Shown: positions 40,375 to 51,094, counted from the stretch's first letter. The stretch: 64,000 bases of DNA from Laspinema olomoucense D3d (GCF_025370715.1 NZ_JAMXEY010000002.1); one strand, 5' to 3'. The notes: a model not told the origin generated them from the letters alone. Program-made: numbers and translations.

Positions 40375-40857
40375 TCATTCTTTCAAAAAATTCATTAAAA
40401 ATTTTTTGGAATGGTGAGCCATGCCAATGAAAGTAATCATCGGGATTGCTAAACCCGCTAAGAAAATCGCAATCGAGCTTAAAAATACTGCAAAAGATGG
40501 GCTTTTAAGCATCATTAAAGAGACCCAAGTTGCTCTTCCCGCAGTTATTAGCCATATTCCAAAAAAAATCATAACCCCTGGATGAATTTTAATTTGGATA
40601 TCGATTTGACTCCCGCTATTATGTTCCCTAATCTGGCCATCAAGTACCGGGAAAAAAGACTCACGATAGCGATCGGAACTGAGATGGTAGATAATTTTTG
40701 AAATTTGAAAAGAGTCTTGATGGATTTTTCCGCGATAGAGTGGAGTGATACTTTTCTCCCCTATCTGATAGTCTGTGTCCACAATTCCCATTAATTTTTC
40801 CCGAACTTGGTAGGGTTTTAGTGGGCTTTGAATAGTAACTTTTTGATAAGTCAACAT
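40375..40857 (-). CDS. Paralog 2 (more divergent) of the same small membrane protein family
   Basis: 160 aa. Same architecture (YRGKIHQDSFQISKIIYH...FPVLDGQIREH..., two C-terminal TM helices). Confidence 0.55.
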   Translation of the reverse strand: MLTYQKVTIQSPLKPYQVREKLMGIVDTDYQIGEKSITPLYRGKIHQDSFQISKIIYHLSSDRYRESFFPVLDGQIREHNSGSQIDIQIKIHPGVMIFFGIWLITAGRATWVSLMMLKSPSFAVFLSSIAIFLAGLAIPMITFIGMAHHSKKFLMNFLKE

Positions 40858-40943
40858 TTTTTAATTTTCACCACTATGTTGTAAAAGTATTTACAGCTTT
40901 TTTAGTCATAGAGGCATACAATTTTGCCTCTATCACTCTTAAA

Positions 40944-41429
40944 TTAAAAATTTTCACTCCCTTGAAACAATTCCATCAAAAACTGTTTAGACTTCTTAGC
41001 TTCCGGGATAAATCCAATCAAGGGTAACACTAAACCAAAAATGAACATTCCCACAGGCATTAAGAACAAAGGGTGAAATTCTTCAAACAGGACCGCTAAA
41101 AACATCAAGGCAGCTTGTCCAACTATACCCAGCCAAACGCACATAAAAATCAAAACAGCCCGGTGCAGTTTCATTTGAATTTCGATTTTACTGCCTTTAG
41201 CTTGGGCGTGAATTCGCCCCTCAATCTGGGGTAAAAAAGAATTGCGATAGGAAATGATTCGAGAAATTTTGAAAGAATGTTCACCGATTTGTCCCTGGTA
41301 GGGTTTTTCCGGCCTTTTCCACCGCACCGGGACCCATTGAGGGGGAGGTTCCACAACTGCTATTAATTTTTCCTGGACTTCATGGGGACTGAGATAAGTG
41401 GTCATTGTAAACCTTTGAAAGGGAAACAT
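40944..41429 (-). CDS. Paralog 3 of the same small membrane protein family
   Basis: 161 aa, MFPFQRFTMTTYLSPHEVQEKL...QGQIGEHSFKISRIISYRNSFLPQIEGRI... Confidence 0.55.
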   Translation of the reverse strand: MFPFQRFTMTTYLSPHEVQEKLIAVVEPPPQWVPVRWKRPEKPYQGQIGEHSFKISRIISYRNSFLPQIEGRIHAQAKGSKIEIQMKLHRAVLIFMCVWLGIVGQAALMFLAVLFEEFHPLFLMPVGMFIFGLVLPLIGFIPEAKKSKQFLMELFQGSENF

Positions 41430-41544
41430 ACGTTCACCTCTAGTGGGTTAGTGCTACAATTATGCCATAACTTAGAGCCATTAATACCCAATCCGGTTGT
41501 GATAGGTCTATAAATACCCCACCCGATCGGGTGCGGGTATTTAT

Positions 41545-43338
41545 TTAGTCCAAGCCCCTATCTTCCAGCATCCCCCGGAATTTGTGTTTGCGGGCGTGGA
41601 TTTGTAGCAATTCTTGACGATAAGTTTTCCAGCGGGTCCACTGCTCTTTTTGAATATAAGCTGCCCGCACTTTTTTCAACCAGTCGATCGCCTGATTATA
41701 GAATTCAGATTTTTTGCGATCTAAAATCGATTCCGCAAGGGGTTGCGCCGTTTCAATCACCCAGTCTGGACGGTGTTTAATCGCCGCATCCATGACCCGA
41801 TGCACCAACTCTATCTCATAGGAACCAAAGCCTTCTACGGCGGCGATCGCCTCATCAATTAACCCTTCACTTAGGAAAATATCTACTTTAACCTCAGTTT
41901 TGTTCCAAATTTTATGTTCCCTCAGAGAATTTAATAAATTGGGCTGGTATTTGAACCAATTTTCACCGGCTAATTCTTTTATTTTAAAATAATCACTCGA
42001 AGTGGGGTTATCGTAAAAAGCGGATTTTCTCGCCTCCAGTTCTACCTCAGTATTTCCTAATTCTTGAGCTAAATCAGCGGTCCAACTTGCAAGTTTATAT
42101 TGGGAATCTCCCCGTAATTTCAACCCCATTCCCCCGACTTCCAGGGCTTGGTTGACTTTCCCATTACTGCGTAAGGTTTGACCCAGGGATAACGCTTCTT
42201 CCATTGTTTTCATTTGGTTCCGGGCGGCTTCCATTGCTTCCGTAGTTCGTCCTAAACTGCCCAACATGGTAAGATATTGTTTGATTTTGCCTTGGGCTTT
42301 AGCCAGGTTCAAATACTCCTGATATCGCTCTTGCCGATCCAGAATTTTTAAGCGAATTAATACCAAATCCGGGAAAGCATTGGGGGAAGAATTTTCCGCT
42401 ATTCCTGGTTCGGATAGGGTTCCTTGGAGGGCTTGTACCAAATGCGGTTCATCCCATCCTTCGCTGAGGGATTCTAAGCTGAGGGGAAATTCGGTACTCC
42501 ACTCCTCTTGGAGGATTTTTAAGCGCGATCGCCACTGTTCCACTTCACGGGAACTGAGGGATTCGCTGAGAATCGCTTCGGCGATCGCCTCATCCACTGC
42601 TGTGACAATTTCATCGGACTCAATCCCATACTGTTCCACCCGGTCCCAATCGGCTGCACAAGCTGAAGCAATGGCTTCTAACACGATTAAAGCATTATAA
42701 CTTTCCCCAATTTCTATTAATCCTTGAATATTATCAATTAAATCTAACAACTCCTCGGTTACCGGGTCATCTTCACCGTCTAAGCTTTCAAAATACCGCA
42801 TCCCTTCATATAAAATATCCCGCGCCTGCTGACGAAAAGGAGCCGGATTGATAGGGGAAGGACGCTGATTATGGGGTGATTCTATTGGACTATTTATTTC
42901 ATTATTTAAGGTAATGTAATAGTCAATTTCATCAATAATTTCGGGTCTTTGTTTAACTAACTCTTGCACTAGACCTTGGATTTGGGCCCGGTTGAGCTGA
43001 GCGAGCAATTGCTCCAAAGTCGGACGCTCTTGAATAGTTTCTGGTTGCCGCATTACCACCAATAAGGTAGCGACAATATGTTCACACCATTCAGACTTAT
43101 CATCAGCACAAGAACAGGTCGCCGAGGTCAAACAGCCCGGGTCAAACCCCACCCGAACCCGATAGGGTTGGTCTGCATTATCCATCACTTCGGCATTGAG
43201 TAAATTGCCTCGCCGAGTCACGGAGGTTACATTGCCCGCTTCATAATCCGACTGGCCTTTGCTAAACAATGCAGGGGCAGATTTCTGGCGAATGAGGCGA
43301 TCGGTCAAGTCAGGAGTTTTAGACATAAAGCAATCCAA
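41545..43338 (-). CDS. SWIM zinc-finger domain protein, otherwise all-alpha, unknown function
   Basis: 597 aa. N-terminal CSCADDKSEWCEHIVATLL fits CxC-Xn-CxH SWIM. Remainder helical with no enzymatic motif. Confidence 0.7.
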   Translation of the reverse strand: MDCFMSKTPDLTDRLIRQKSAPALFSKGQSDYEAGNVTSVTRRGNLLNAEVMDNADQPYRVRVGFDPGCLTSATCSCADDKSEWCEHIVATLLVVMRQPETIQERPTLEQLLAQLNRAQIQGLVQELVKQRPEIIDEIDYYITLNNEINSPIESPHNQRPSPINPAPFRQQARDILYEGMRYFESLDGEDDPVTEELLDLIDNIQGLIEIGESYNALIVLEAIASACAADWDRVEQYGIESDEIVTAVDEAIAEAILSESLSSREVEQWRSRLKILQEEWSTEFPLSLESLSEGWDEPHLVQALQGTLSEPGIAENSSPNAFPDLVLIRLKILDRQERYQEYLNLAKAQGKIKQYLTMLGSLGRTTEAMEAARNQMKTMEEALSLGQTLRSNGKVNQALEVGGMGLKLRGDSQYKLASWTADLAQELGNTEVELEARKSAFYDNPTSSDYFKIKELAGENWFKYQPNLLNSLREHKIWNKTEVKVDIFLSEGLIDEAIAAVEGFGSYEIELVHRVMDAAIKHRPDWVIETAQPLAESILDRKKSEFYNQAIDWLKKVRAAYIQKEQWTRWKTYRQELLQIHARKHKFRGMLEDRGLD

Positions 43339-43494
43339 TCTGATAGAAAATAGAGAAATTGACGGGTTGTTAAAGAATCAAGATAGCGTATCCTCATCCG
43401 TTTACAAAACAGGAATCGCCATTTTCTCTAATTCCTATCATATCCAGGGATGCTCTAACTCGCAAGACTCATTTACAGATATTCACAACTACTA

Positions 43495-46173
43495 TTATTC
43501 AATGGGTTGACACTCAGGCGATCGCAACCCGGGAAAAGAAACGCTTCCCTCGGGTATCGCCGCCATTAACTCAATTGTTCCTTGCGCATTCCGTCGCCAA
43601 GCAGTCGCTTCCTGGAGTGGGGAAGACGGATTTGTAGAGGAAGGGGTGCGACGGCGAGGAGGTTCAACGGTAACCGTTTCCCCCTCTAAATCTTGGAAAA
43701 AGTTGCGTAAATCATGCCAAATCGGTTGGGTTTGGAGGGGTTGAGTCGGGTCCGTGGGTAATCCTCCTCGTCCCGAAATGGTAAAAGAATTCTCATCGGA
43801 TAAGGCACAACCCACAAAGTTATTATCCCTCGCTTGACCCAGCATTTCGGGTAATTCTACTAATCCCGTGGAGGGATTAACATCAGGGGTATTAATTGTG
43901 ACACTGCCGCTAAACTCCGCCCCGAGTTCGGAGGTGGCGGTAATATCACTTTGTGGCGTGAGTTCTGTGCGAAAATTAGTCCCCAAGATGCCTTGGGCGG
44001 CGATCGCCACGCGACCCCCAAAACTGGCGCTGGAATTCGCTGTAATATCACTATTCTCTACGGCAACTAACGTATCTGTAGCGATCGCAATATTCCCTCC
44101 CGTCCCACTCCCACTAGCATTTGTGGTAATTCCCCCTTGGTTCCACAACTGGATATCCCGAGATTCAATAAAGATATTCGCTTGATCCCCTTGGACTGTT
44201 TCTGCGGCGATCGCAGCATTGTTAACCACAATCTGCCGCCCCACAATTTCAATATTCCCGGCGATTCCCGTCTTCTCACTACTGGCGGAAATGATGGCGC
44301 GATCGCCTAAAATTAACTGTCCCGTCTGCAAGCGCATCGTCCCCGCATTCCCCGTCTCTGTAGAAGCAGCAAAAATTCCTGTAGGAAATAGGATTCCAGA
44401 CTCATCCGGGAAGAAAAATCCCCCCTCTATTGCCGGAACTGCACCGGATAAAACAATCGCCTCAGTTGCCAAAATCTCCAAATTTCCCCCATCTCCAGCG
44501 CCAAATGTACCCACACTAATCTGTGCGCCATCCCGCAAAATTAACCTCGGGGTTTCAATCCGTAAATTATCTCCATTCCCTTCTCCCAAAGTATCACTAA
44601 AAACAATCACCGGATTGCCAACGCGATCGACTCCCCCAAATTCCATCACTTCCGTTGCCTGCAAAAGCACAGGACCACCATCCCCCGCCTCAAAGGTGGT
44701 ACTACCCACATTCGCCCCATTCAGAATCCGTAATACTGCCGTCTCAATCTCTAAACTTCCCGCATTTCCCATTGCCTCCGGGTCTACGGTACTTTCCGCC
44801 CCTGTGGGCCTTAGCACATCGTTACTGGAATTCAATCCATCAAAAACCACCGACTCCAAGGCGCGAATTACCAGGGGTGCACCATTCCCCTGACCCCGGG
44901 TTCCCGTGATCATGCCTGCCCCATCTTTGACCAACACAGAACCCGCCTGAATCTCAATGCCGCCTGCATTTCCGACCCCTTCGGGTGCTACATCTGCCGA
45001 GGCGATGGTGATGAAATCTTCTCTCCCCTGTCCATCGAATACCACGGACTCGCGGGCGGTAATTTGCAGTTTACCGCCATCCCCTTCCCCGGATGTGCTA
45101 GTAGAAATTATCGCACTTGTGGCGGAAAAGGTGGTAGTATTCAAAGTGATGTTACCGCCATCGCCAACCCCCTTGGGTTGGACTTCATTGGTGATCGCAC
45201 TCTCTCCAGTCAGCAGAATATTTCTCCGGGCGTCAATATCGATATTTCCTGCTTGTACACCGGGTTCTCCTGACCCTGGCGCAATCCCCCCGCGAATCTC
45301 AGACTGCCCTGAAATCAGCAGATTCTCGACTTGAATGGCGATACTTCCACCCCCTGCACCGGCCACATCCACTCGCGCCCCATTCGTGAGATGGAGTGGC
45401 GATCGCTCGACGGTTTCCGGCAGTTTGAGTGCGTTTCCCCCTGGTAATTCCACCACTCCTGCCTCGGAGATTCCCCCCAAAGTCACAGTTCCACCGGGAA
45501 CCCGTAATTGTCCCCCCTCCAGGGTAATCTCACCCCCAACTAGGGTTAAGGTTTGATTCGGCAGCACAGTTAGAACCGAATCCCTCACAAAAATGCTCTC
45601 GGGATTGGGTCCATATTGTAACCCGATGGGGACATTAATGCTCAAAATAGGGGATGAATCAGGGTTTGTGGCGCTAAAGGCGCGATCGTCAGGAAATAAC
45701 ACACTGTGGGCGGTACTCCCGACAAAAGAACCGCCTAGATTCAGGGTGGCATTCGGTCCGAAGGCAATGCCACTGGGATTAATTAAAAATAAATTCGCGC
45801 TGCCATTAGCGGCGATCGCCCCATCAATTTGGGACAGTTTGCCTCCGGTAATGCGAGTAATAATATTAGCGATAGTGGTGGAATTATTAAAAAGTGCAGC
45901 AGTTCCCGTCGGGATAGAAAATTCCTGGAAACTATGGAACAAATTACTACCGGCAGCAGTTCCCCCCTCAATCGTGAGGGTATTGCCGTTGATCTGAACC
46001 CCCGAAGGATTCGGAAGGGTATTATCCGGTATAACCTGCGCCTGGAGGGATTTGTGTCCTAACCCTCCGTCCAAAAATAGCAAGGCACTCATCAAGCTAA
46101 AAATAGATAGATAATAATGACCCCAATACATCACGGTTTGGCAACTCCTGACTCTACTATTTTTCTTGATCAT
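43495..46173 (-). CDS. Two-partner-secretion (TpsA-type) exoprotein: filamentous haemagglutinin N-terminal (TPS) domain + long beta-helical repeat body
   Basis: 892 aa. Signal peptide. TPS domain (NTLTIEGGTAAGSNLFHSFQEFSIPTGTAALFNN...ANLFLINPSGIAFGPNA). Then about 600 aa of Gly/Asn/Thr-rich beta-helix repeats. Confidence 0.85.
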   Translation of the reverse strand: MIKKNSRVRSCQTVMYWGHYYLSIFSLMSALLFLDGGLGHKSLQAQVIPDNTLPNPSGVQINGNTLTIEGGTAAGSNLFHSFQEFSIPTGTAALFNNSTTIANIITRITGGKLSQIDGAIAANGSANLFLINPSGIAFGPNATLNLGGSFVGSTAHSVLFPDDRAFSATNPDSSPILSINVPIGLQYGPNPESIFVRDSVLTVLPNQTLTLVGGEITLEGGQLRVPGGTVTLGGISEAGVVELPGGNALKLPETVERSPLHLTNGARVDVAGAGGGSIAIQVENLLISGQSEIRGGIAPGSGEPGVQAGNIDIDARRNILLTGESAITNEVQPKGVGDGGNITLNTTTFSATSAIISTSTSGEGDGGKLQITARESVVFDGQGREDFITIASADVAPEGVGNAGGIEIQAGSVLVKDGAGMITGTRGQGNGAPLVIRALESVVFDGLNSSNDVLRPTGAESTVDPEAMGNAGSLEIETAVLRILNGANVGSTTFEAGDGGPVLLQATEVMEFGGVDRVGNPVIVFSDTLGEGNGDNLRIETPRLILRDGAQISVGTFGAGDGGNLEILATEAIVLSGAVPAIEGGFFFPDESGILFPTGIFAASTETGNAGTMRLQTGQLILGDRAIISASSEKTGIAGNIEIVGRQIVVNNAAIAAETVQGDQANIFIESRDIQLWNQGGITTNASGSGTGGNIAIATDTLVAVENSDITANSSASFGGRVAIAAQGILGTNFRTELTPQSDITATSELGAEFSGSVTINTPDVNPSTGLVELPEMLGQARDNNFVGCALSDENSFTISGRGGLPTDPTQPLQTQPIWHDLRNFFQDLEGETVTVEPPRRRTPSSTNPSSPLQEATAWRRNAQGTIELMAAIPEGSVSFPGLRSPECQPIE

Positions 46174-46547
46174 TACAGAAACTCCAGGTTAATCCCGGAT
46201 AGGCGGCACTTCGGTGAAAGCAGAGGGGGCGTTTCTATGATTTATCCCAGAGTTGTAGAGCATTTTCTGCGGGAGATCGGTCCTATTAATTAAAGGGAAT
46301 AATGGCGATCGCCTAGAGTAAGGGTTTTGTCATTCTCCCTTGAACTCGGATTTCCCCTCACCTATCTCAGTCGGGTATCCGGCGCGACTCTTCCCCAGGA
46401 CAGATGTCAGTTCTTACTCTAGTATTATAGCGTGGAATGCGTATTCCAAAAACCGCCGTACCCGTTATCACGGAATCCGGGCAGTTCTTGAGGTTTACTC
46501 TTTTATATTAAGGGGTCGATCTACCTGCTTAAATCGGTAGAATCCAA

Positions 46548-47804
46548 TTGACTGAGGTTTTAGAGTTGATGATTAACTTAACCCATATTCTCACCCTCCT
46601 ATCCATCGTGAGTCTGATCGGGGTCGCCAGTTGTACCGCCCCCTCCGGCACATTGCTAGAAAATAGCACCACCGGACCCGGAAACCGGCCCCAGGAACAG
46701 GCCCAAGGGGTTCCCACTCCCAGTCGTGAGGCCGCTTGCATCCTCGTAGAAAATGGGTTTGGTCCCCAAGGTCAAGTCAATGTTCGGGTAGAAGAGGTGG
46801 TGAATGGGCTCGATGTTCCCTGGGGGATTGGGTTTTTGCCCAATGGGGATATGCTGGTAACGGAACGACCCGGACGGGTGCGATTGGTCCAAAACGGTCA
46901 ACTGCGGCCCGAAGCAGTCGCCAATATTACGGTTACGGCGCGGGGGGAGGGGGGACTGCTGGGAATTGCCATGCATCCGGATTTTGCCACTAATCGATTC
47001 TTTTATATTTATAATACTGTCGATACGACCAATGACTCATCAGTCAACCGGGTTGAACGATGGCAACTTGCCCCCGATGGATTAAATGCCAGTCGCGATC
47101 GCGTGATATTGGACAATATTCCCGTCGCACAATACCACAATGGCGGACGGATTCGCTTTGGACCCGATGGAATGCTGTATATTGGCACAGGAGATGCCCG
47201 CGAACCCGACTTATCCCAAGATGTCAGCAGTCTCGCCGGTAAAATTCTCCGGGTCACCCCCGAGGGCGATGTACCCCCGGATAATCCATTTCCGGGTAAT
47301 CCGGTCTATATTCTGGGTATTCGCAATACTCAAGGATTTGATTGGGTGAATGAGACAACGTTGCAAGTCACGGATCATGGACCCAGTGGGGAATTAGGCA
47401 GACGAGGCCATGATAAACTGAGTGTCGCACAAGCGGGGGATAATCTGGGGTGGCCGACCCTGGAACGCTGTGAATCACAGACGGGATTAGTCACCCCTTC
47501 TCTCGTCTGGCGAGAGGCATTACCTCCGGGAGGTGCGGCCATTTATACAGGAACGGCGATTCCGGAATGGCAAGGGAATTTAATCATTGCTTCTCTGCGA
47601 TCGGAACATTTGCAGCGGGTGGTTTTTGACCCCCAATCTCCCCAACAAGTGCAACAGCATGAAGTGTATTTGCAAGGGGAGTACGGACGACTCCGAGAGG
47701 CGATCATGGGACCCGATGGTGAACTTTATATCACCACCAGCAATTGTGATGGTCGCGGCGGTTGTCCGCCAGATGGTGATAAAATACTTCGGATCACTCG
47801 CTAA
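46548..47804 (+). CDS. PQQ-dependent soluble glucose/sorbosone dehydrogenase family beta-propeller protein (lipoprotein)
   Basis: 418 aa. Lipobox (LIGVASC). GSDH-family motifs (PWGIGFLPNGDMLVTER, GGLLGIAMHPDF, HNGGRIRFGPDGMLYI, DHGPSG). Confidence 0.8.
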   Translation: MTEVLELMINLTHILTLLSIVSLIGVASCTAPSGTLLENSTTGPGNRPQEQAQGVPTPSREAACILVENGFGPQGQVNVRVEEVVNGLDVPWGIGFLPNGDMLVTERPGRVRLVQNGQLRPEAVANITVTARGEGGLLGIAMHPDFATNRFFYIYNTVDTTNDSSVNRVERWQLAPDGLNASRDRVILDNIPVAQYHNGGRIRFGPDGMLYIGTGDAREPDLSQDVSSLAGKILRVTPEGDVPPDNPFPGNPVYILGIRNTQGFDWVNETTLQVTDHGPSGELGRRGHDKLSVAQAGDNLGWPTLERCESQTGLVTPSLVWREALPPGGAAIYTGTAIPEWQGNLIIASLRSEHLQRVVFDPQSPQQVQQHEVYLQGEYGRLREAIMGPDGELYITTSNCDGRGGCPPDGDKILRITR

Positions 47805-47841
47805 AGTTTAATCAGATTCATCAAGTGGAGATTCTATTACC

Positions 47842-48609
47842 ATGACAAATAAGAAAAAATGGCGTTTTGGTTCAGTTTTGATGGGATTTATGGCAGTCTT
47901 CCTGCTGATTGCTTGTCAGGGAATGAGCCAAACTAACCTGTCTCAAACTCCACCAACGACCCCCACTCCTGGAAACGAAGTGAGCGCTTCTCCGGCTGAA
48001 TTACCCCCATTGCCTTACCCCTATAATGCCCTAGAACCCCATATTGATGCTCAGACGATGGAGTTACATCATGATAAGCATCATGCCAGTTACGTTAGTA
48101 ATTTAAACAAGGCATTAGAAAATAATTCCAATCTGCAAAACCAAAGCGTTGAGGCATTAATTCGCAATTTAAATCAAGTGCCAGAAAATATCCGCACAGC
48201 CGTTAGAAATAATGGCGGAGGTCACGTCAATCATTCCATGTTCTGGGAAATTATGAGTCCCAATGGCGGGGGAGAACCCACCGGCGCGATCGCTCAAGCC
48301 ATTAACAAAACTTTTGGCAGTTTTAAGACCTTCCAAGAGCAATTTAATCAAGCAGGAACCAGTCAATTTGGCAGTGGGTGGGTTTGGTTAGTTCGCAATG
48401 CTCAAGGCCAACTAGAAATTACCAGTACCCCGAATCAAGATAGTCCCCTCATGAATGGACAATATCCCATCATGGGGAATGATGTCTGGGAACACGCCTA
48501 TTACTTGAACTACCAAAATCAGCGGGGGGAATATTTAAAAAATTGGTGGAATGTCGTCAATTGGGAAGAAGTGAACCGACGCTTTGAACGCGCTTCTCAA
48601 GCTAGTTAA
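47842..48609 (+). CDS. sodA: Mn/Fe superoxide dismutase with N-terminal membrane anchor/signal
   Basis: 255 aa. [28 protein letters not shown]...[11 protein letters not shown]...DVWEHAYYL: canonical Fe/Mn-SOD metal ligands. Hydrophobic N-terminal segment. Confidence 0.9.
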   Translation: MTNKKKWRFGSVLMGFMAVFLLIACQGMSQTNLSQTPPTTPTPGNEVSASPAELPPLPYPYNALEPHIDAQTMELHHDKHHASYVSNLNKALENNSNLQNQSVEALIRNLNQVPENIRTAVRNNGGGHVNHSMFWEIMSPNGGGEPTGAIAQAINKTFGSFKTFQEQFNQAGTSQFGSGWVWLVRNAQGQLEITSTPNQDSPLMNGQYPIMGNDVWEHAYYLNYQNQRGEYLKNWWNVVNWEEVNRRFERASQAS

Positions 48610-48785
48610 TTCCTTACCAACCACTCTCTCAAACCCAAAGATTTTAACGGTTGTGTTAGCAACTCGATAGAGTGGGTCAGTAATTTTAAAACCTAACACA
48701 TCCATTCCATTCCATTCCAGCGGTTCAGTGGTAATGCGCTGAACCCTCATCCGGTTCCCTCGTTTATAACTTACCTAATTTTAAA

Positions 48786-50957
48786 ATGAAAGTCACTGTA
48801 GAACCTCCTTTTTTAACCATTAATCATGGCAGCATATTTATGGTGTCCGAACTGGACGGACAAATTCAATGCGACAAGTTTCAAGGAATTTTTGCTGATG
48901 ATACCCGGTTTTTAAGTGAATATGCCTGTTTTATAGACAATACGTCCTGGATGCGGCTCACCTCGTCAGTCACGCGCTATTATGCCAGCAAAATTTATTT
49001 AACTAATCCCGCCATTTCCAGCCAAAATGGAGAAATTGCTAAAGGCGCGCTATCCTTAACCATCGCTCGGACTGCCGAACATGGAATTCATGAAGACCTA
49101 GATATTACCAATCATAGCCTCAAAGCCGTAAAGTTTCATTTGGATTTAGAGATTAATTCCGATTTTGCGGATATTTTTGAAGTCCAATCCGGGGAATTCG
49201 TGCGGCGGGGTCAAATTGAAACCGACTGGGATAAAAAAGAGTATAAACTTCGCCATACTTATAATAATGGAGATTTTTATCGATGCATGATCGCCCATTG
49301 GAATAACCTGACATCACCCCCGCATTATGCGAATGGTCGAGTTACCTTTCAAATTGAATTAGAAGCGGGTGCAAGTTGGCACGCTTGCTGTTGCTATACC
49401 CTGATTGATAACGAACACTGCCACAAACCCATTTCTTTGTGCTATGACGAAGCCATCAAATCCGATGTAAATACCGAATTGCAACAGTTGCAGCGGCAGT
49501 GGCAGGATGTCTGCACAACGATCGCCACCTCAAACGAGGATCTCAAGCGACTGTACTGCCAGAGTCTCGAAGACATGAGTGCGATGCGCCTCTATGACTA
49601 CGATATGGCTCCCGATGTGTGGCTACCCGCAGCAGGAGTTCCCAAATATGTGGCGCTATTTGGTCGCGATAGCTTAACTGCCAGCTTGCAAAATCAGATT
49701 ATTCATCCCGGGTTTGCCCGAGGTGCACTCCAAAAATTAGGGCAGTTTCAAGCGAAGGAATATAGTGACTGGCAGGATGCACAACCGGGAAAAATCCTCC
49801 ATGAACTGCGTCAGGGGGAGTTGGTTTACTTGAAAAAAAGTCCGCGATCGCCTTATTACGGTGCAGCGGATACCACCCCTCTCTATACAATCGTCCTTCA
49901 CGAAACTTGGAAATGGTTAGGAGATGACTCTCTCTTGAAAGATTACCGCGATGTCGCCCTCCGCTGTTTGGACTGGATCGATCGCTATGGTGATCTCGAT
50001 GGGGATGGCTTCCAGGAATATCAAGTGCGCTCAGAAAAAGGCATCGAAAACCAATGCTGGAAAGACTCCGGAGATTCAATCGTCTATCCCGATGGATCAC
50101 AAGTCAAATCCCCAAAAGCCCTGTGTGAACTCCAAGGCTATGTCTTTGATGCTTGGATGCGGATGGCGGAAGTCTTTGCGGCACTCGGTGAGAAGGATAG
50201 CGCCACCGAATTACAAGGCAAAGCCGAAAAACTGCGAGTGCAATTTGAGGAACGCTTTTGGTGTGAAGACTTGGGATTTTATGCCTTAACCCTAGATCCA
50301 GATAAACAGCCGGTAGGCTCGATCGCCTCAAATCCGGGTCATTGCCTCTGGAGTGGCATCGTCAGTCCAGAACGCGCTCAACGGGTGGTTAAACGGCTGC
50401 TAGAACCCGATATGTCCAGTGGTTGGGGAATTCGCACCTTGTCCTCAAATCATCCCTCTTTTAACCCCTTTTCCTATCATCTCGGGTCCGTCTGGCCCCA
50501 TGATAACGGCATCATTGCCCTCGGCTTCAAACGCTATGGCTTCCATGAAGCCGTTGCAAGTGTAGCAGCGGATATTTTCGAGACAGCCAGCCATTTCGCC
50601 TGCTATCGGGTTCCCGAAGTCTATGCCGGGACAAAACGCCAGATAGGAGCATTTCCCGTCCCCTATATTGAAGCAAATATACCCCAAGCTTGGGCTGCCG
50701 GTTCCGTCTTCCACCTAATCCAGGCCCTATTGGGATTACAAGCGAATGCACCCCAAGGGTGCTTATATGTTGATCCCTATTTGCCCAATTGGTTACCCGA
50801 CTTGACCCTGTACGGTTTAGAGGTGGGGGATTCCTCCATAGACTTACGGTTTTGGCGCGAAGGCGATCGCACTTGCTGGGATGCCTCGGTCCGTAGTGGC
50901 ACCATTTCGGTCCAGCAAAAAGCATGGCAACCTTGGGCGATCCCTGTATCGGTATAG
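48786..50957 (+). CDS. Amylo-alpha-1,6-glucosidase family protein (bacterial/archaeal-type glycogen debranching enzyme, GDE_N + GDE_C)
   Basis: 723 aa. N-terminal GDE_N_bis-like beta-domain and C-terminal (alpha/alpha)6 barrel (GYHLGSVWPHDNGIIALGFKRYG). Confidence 0.8.
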   Translation: MKVTVEPPFLTINHGSIFMVSELDGQIQCDKFQGIFADDTRFLSEYACFIDNTSWMRLTSSVTRYYASKIYLTNPAISSQNGEIAKGALSLTIARTAEHGIHEDLDITNHSLKAVKFHLDLEINSDFADIFEVQSGEFVRRGQIETDWDKKEYKLRHTYNNGDFYRCMIAHWNNLTSPPHYANGRVTFQIELEAGASWHACCCYTLIDNEHCHKPISLCYDEAIKSDVNTELQQLQRQWQDVCTTIATSNEDLKRLYCQSLEDMSAMRLYDYDMAPDVWLPAAGVPKYVALFGRDSLTASLQNQIIHPGFARGALQKLGQFQAKEYSDWQDAQPGKILHELRQGELVYLKKSPRSPYYGAADTTPLYTIVLHETWKWLGDDSLLKDYRDVALRCLDWIDRYGDLDGDGFQEYQVRSEKGIENQCWKDSGDSIVYPDGSQVKSPKALCELQGYVFDAWMRMAEVFAALGEKDSATELQGKAEKLRVQFEERFWCEDLGFYALTLDPDKQPVGSIASNPGHCLWSGIVSPERAQRVVKRLLEPDMSSGWGIRTLSSNHPSFNPFSYHLGSVWPHDNGIIALGFKRYGFHEAVASVAADIFETASHFACYRVPEVYAGTKRQIGAFPVPYIEANIPQAWAAGSVFHLIQALLGLQANAPQGCLYVDPYLPNWLPDLTLYGLEVGDSSIDLRFWREGDRTCWDASVRSGTISVQQKAWQPWAIPVSV

Positions 50958-51094
50958 TCATCCCAACTCCTAAGCTAGATCAACCCCAGGCGGAAAACCT
51001 GTGGGTTGATTATCTATCTTAATCGTCTCTATTCTTCTAAAACTTAGTATAAAATATTGCTTTTGAAGGGCGCTCATCCTCAATTAATCGCACT

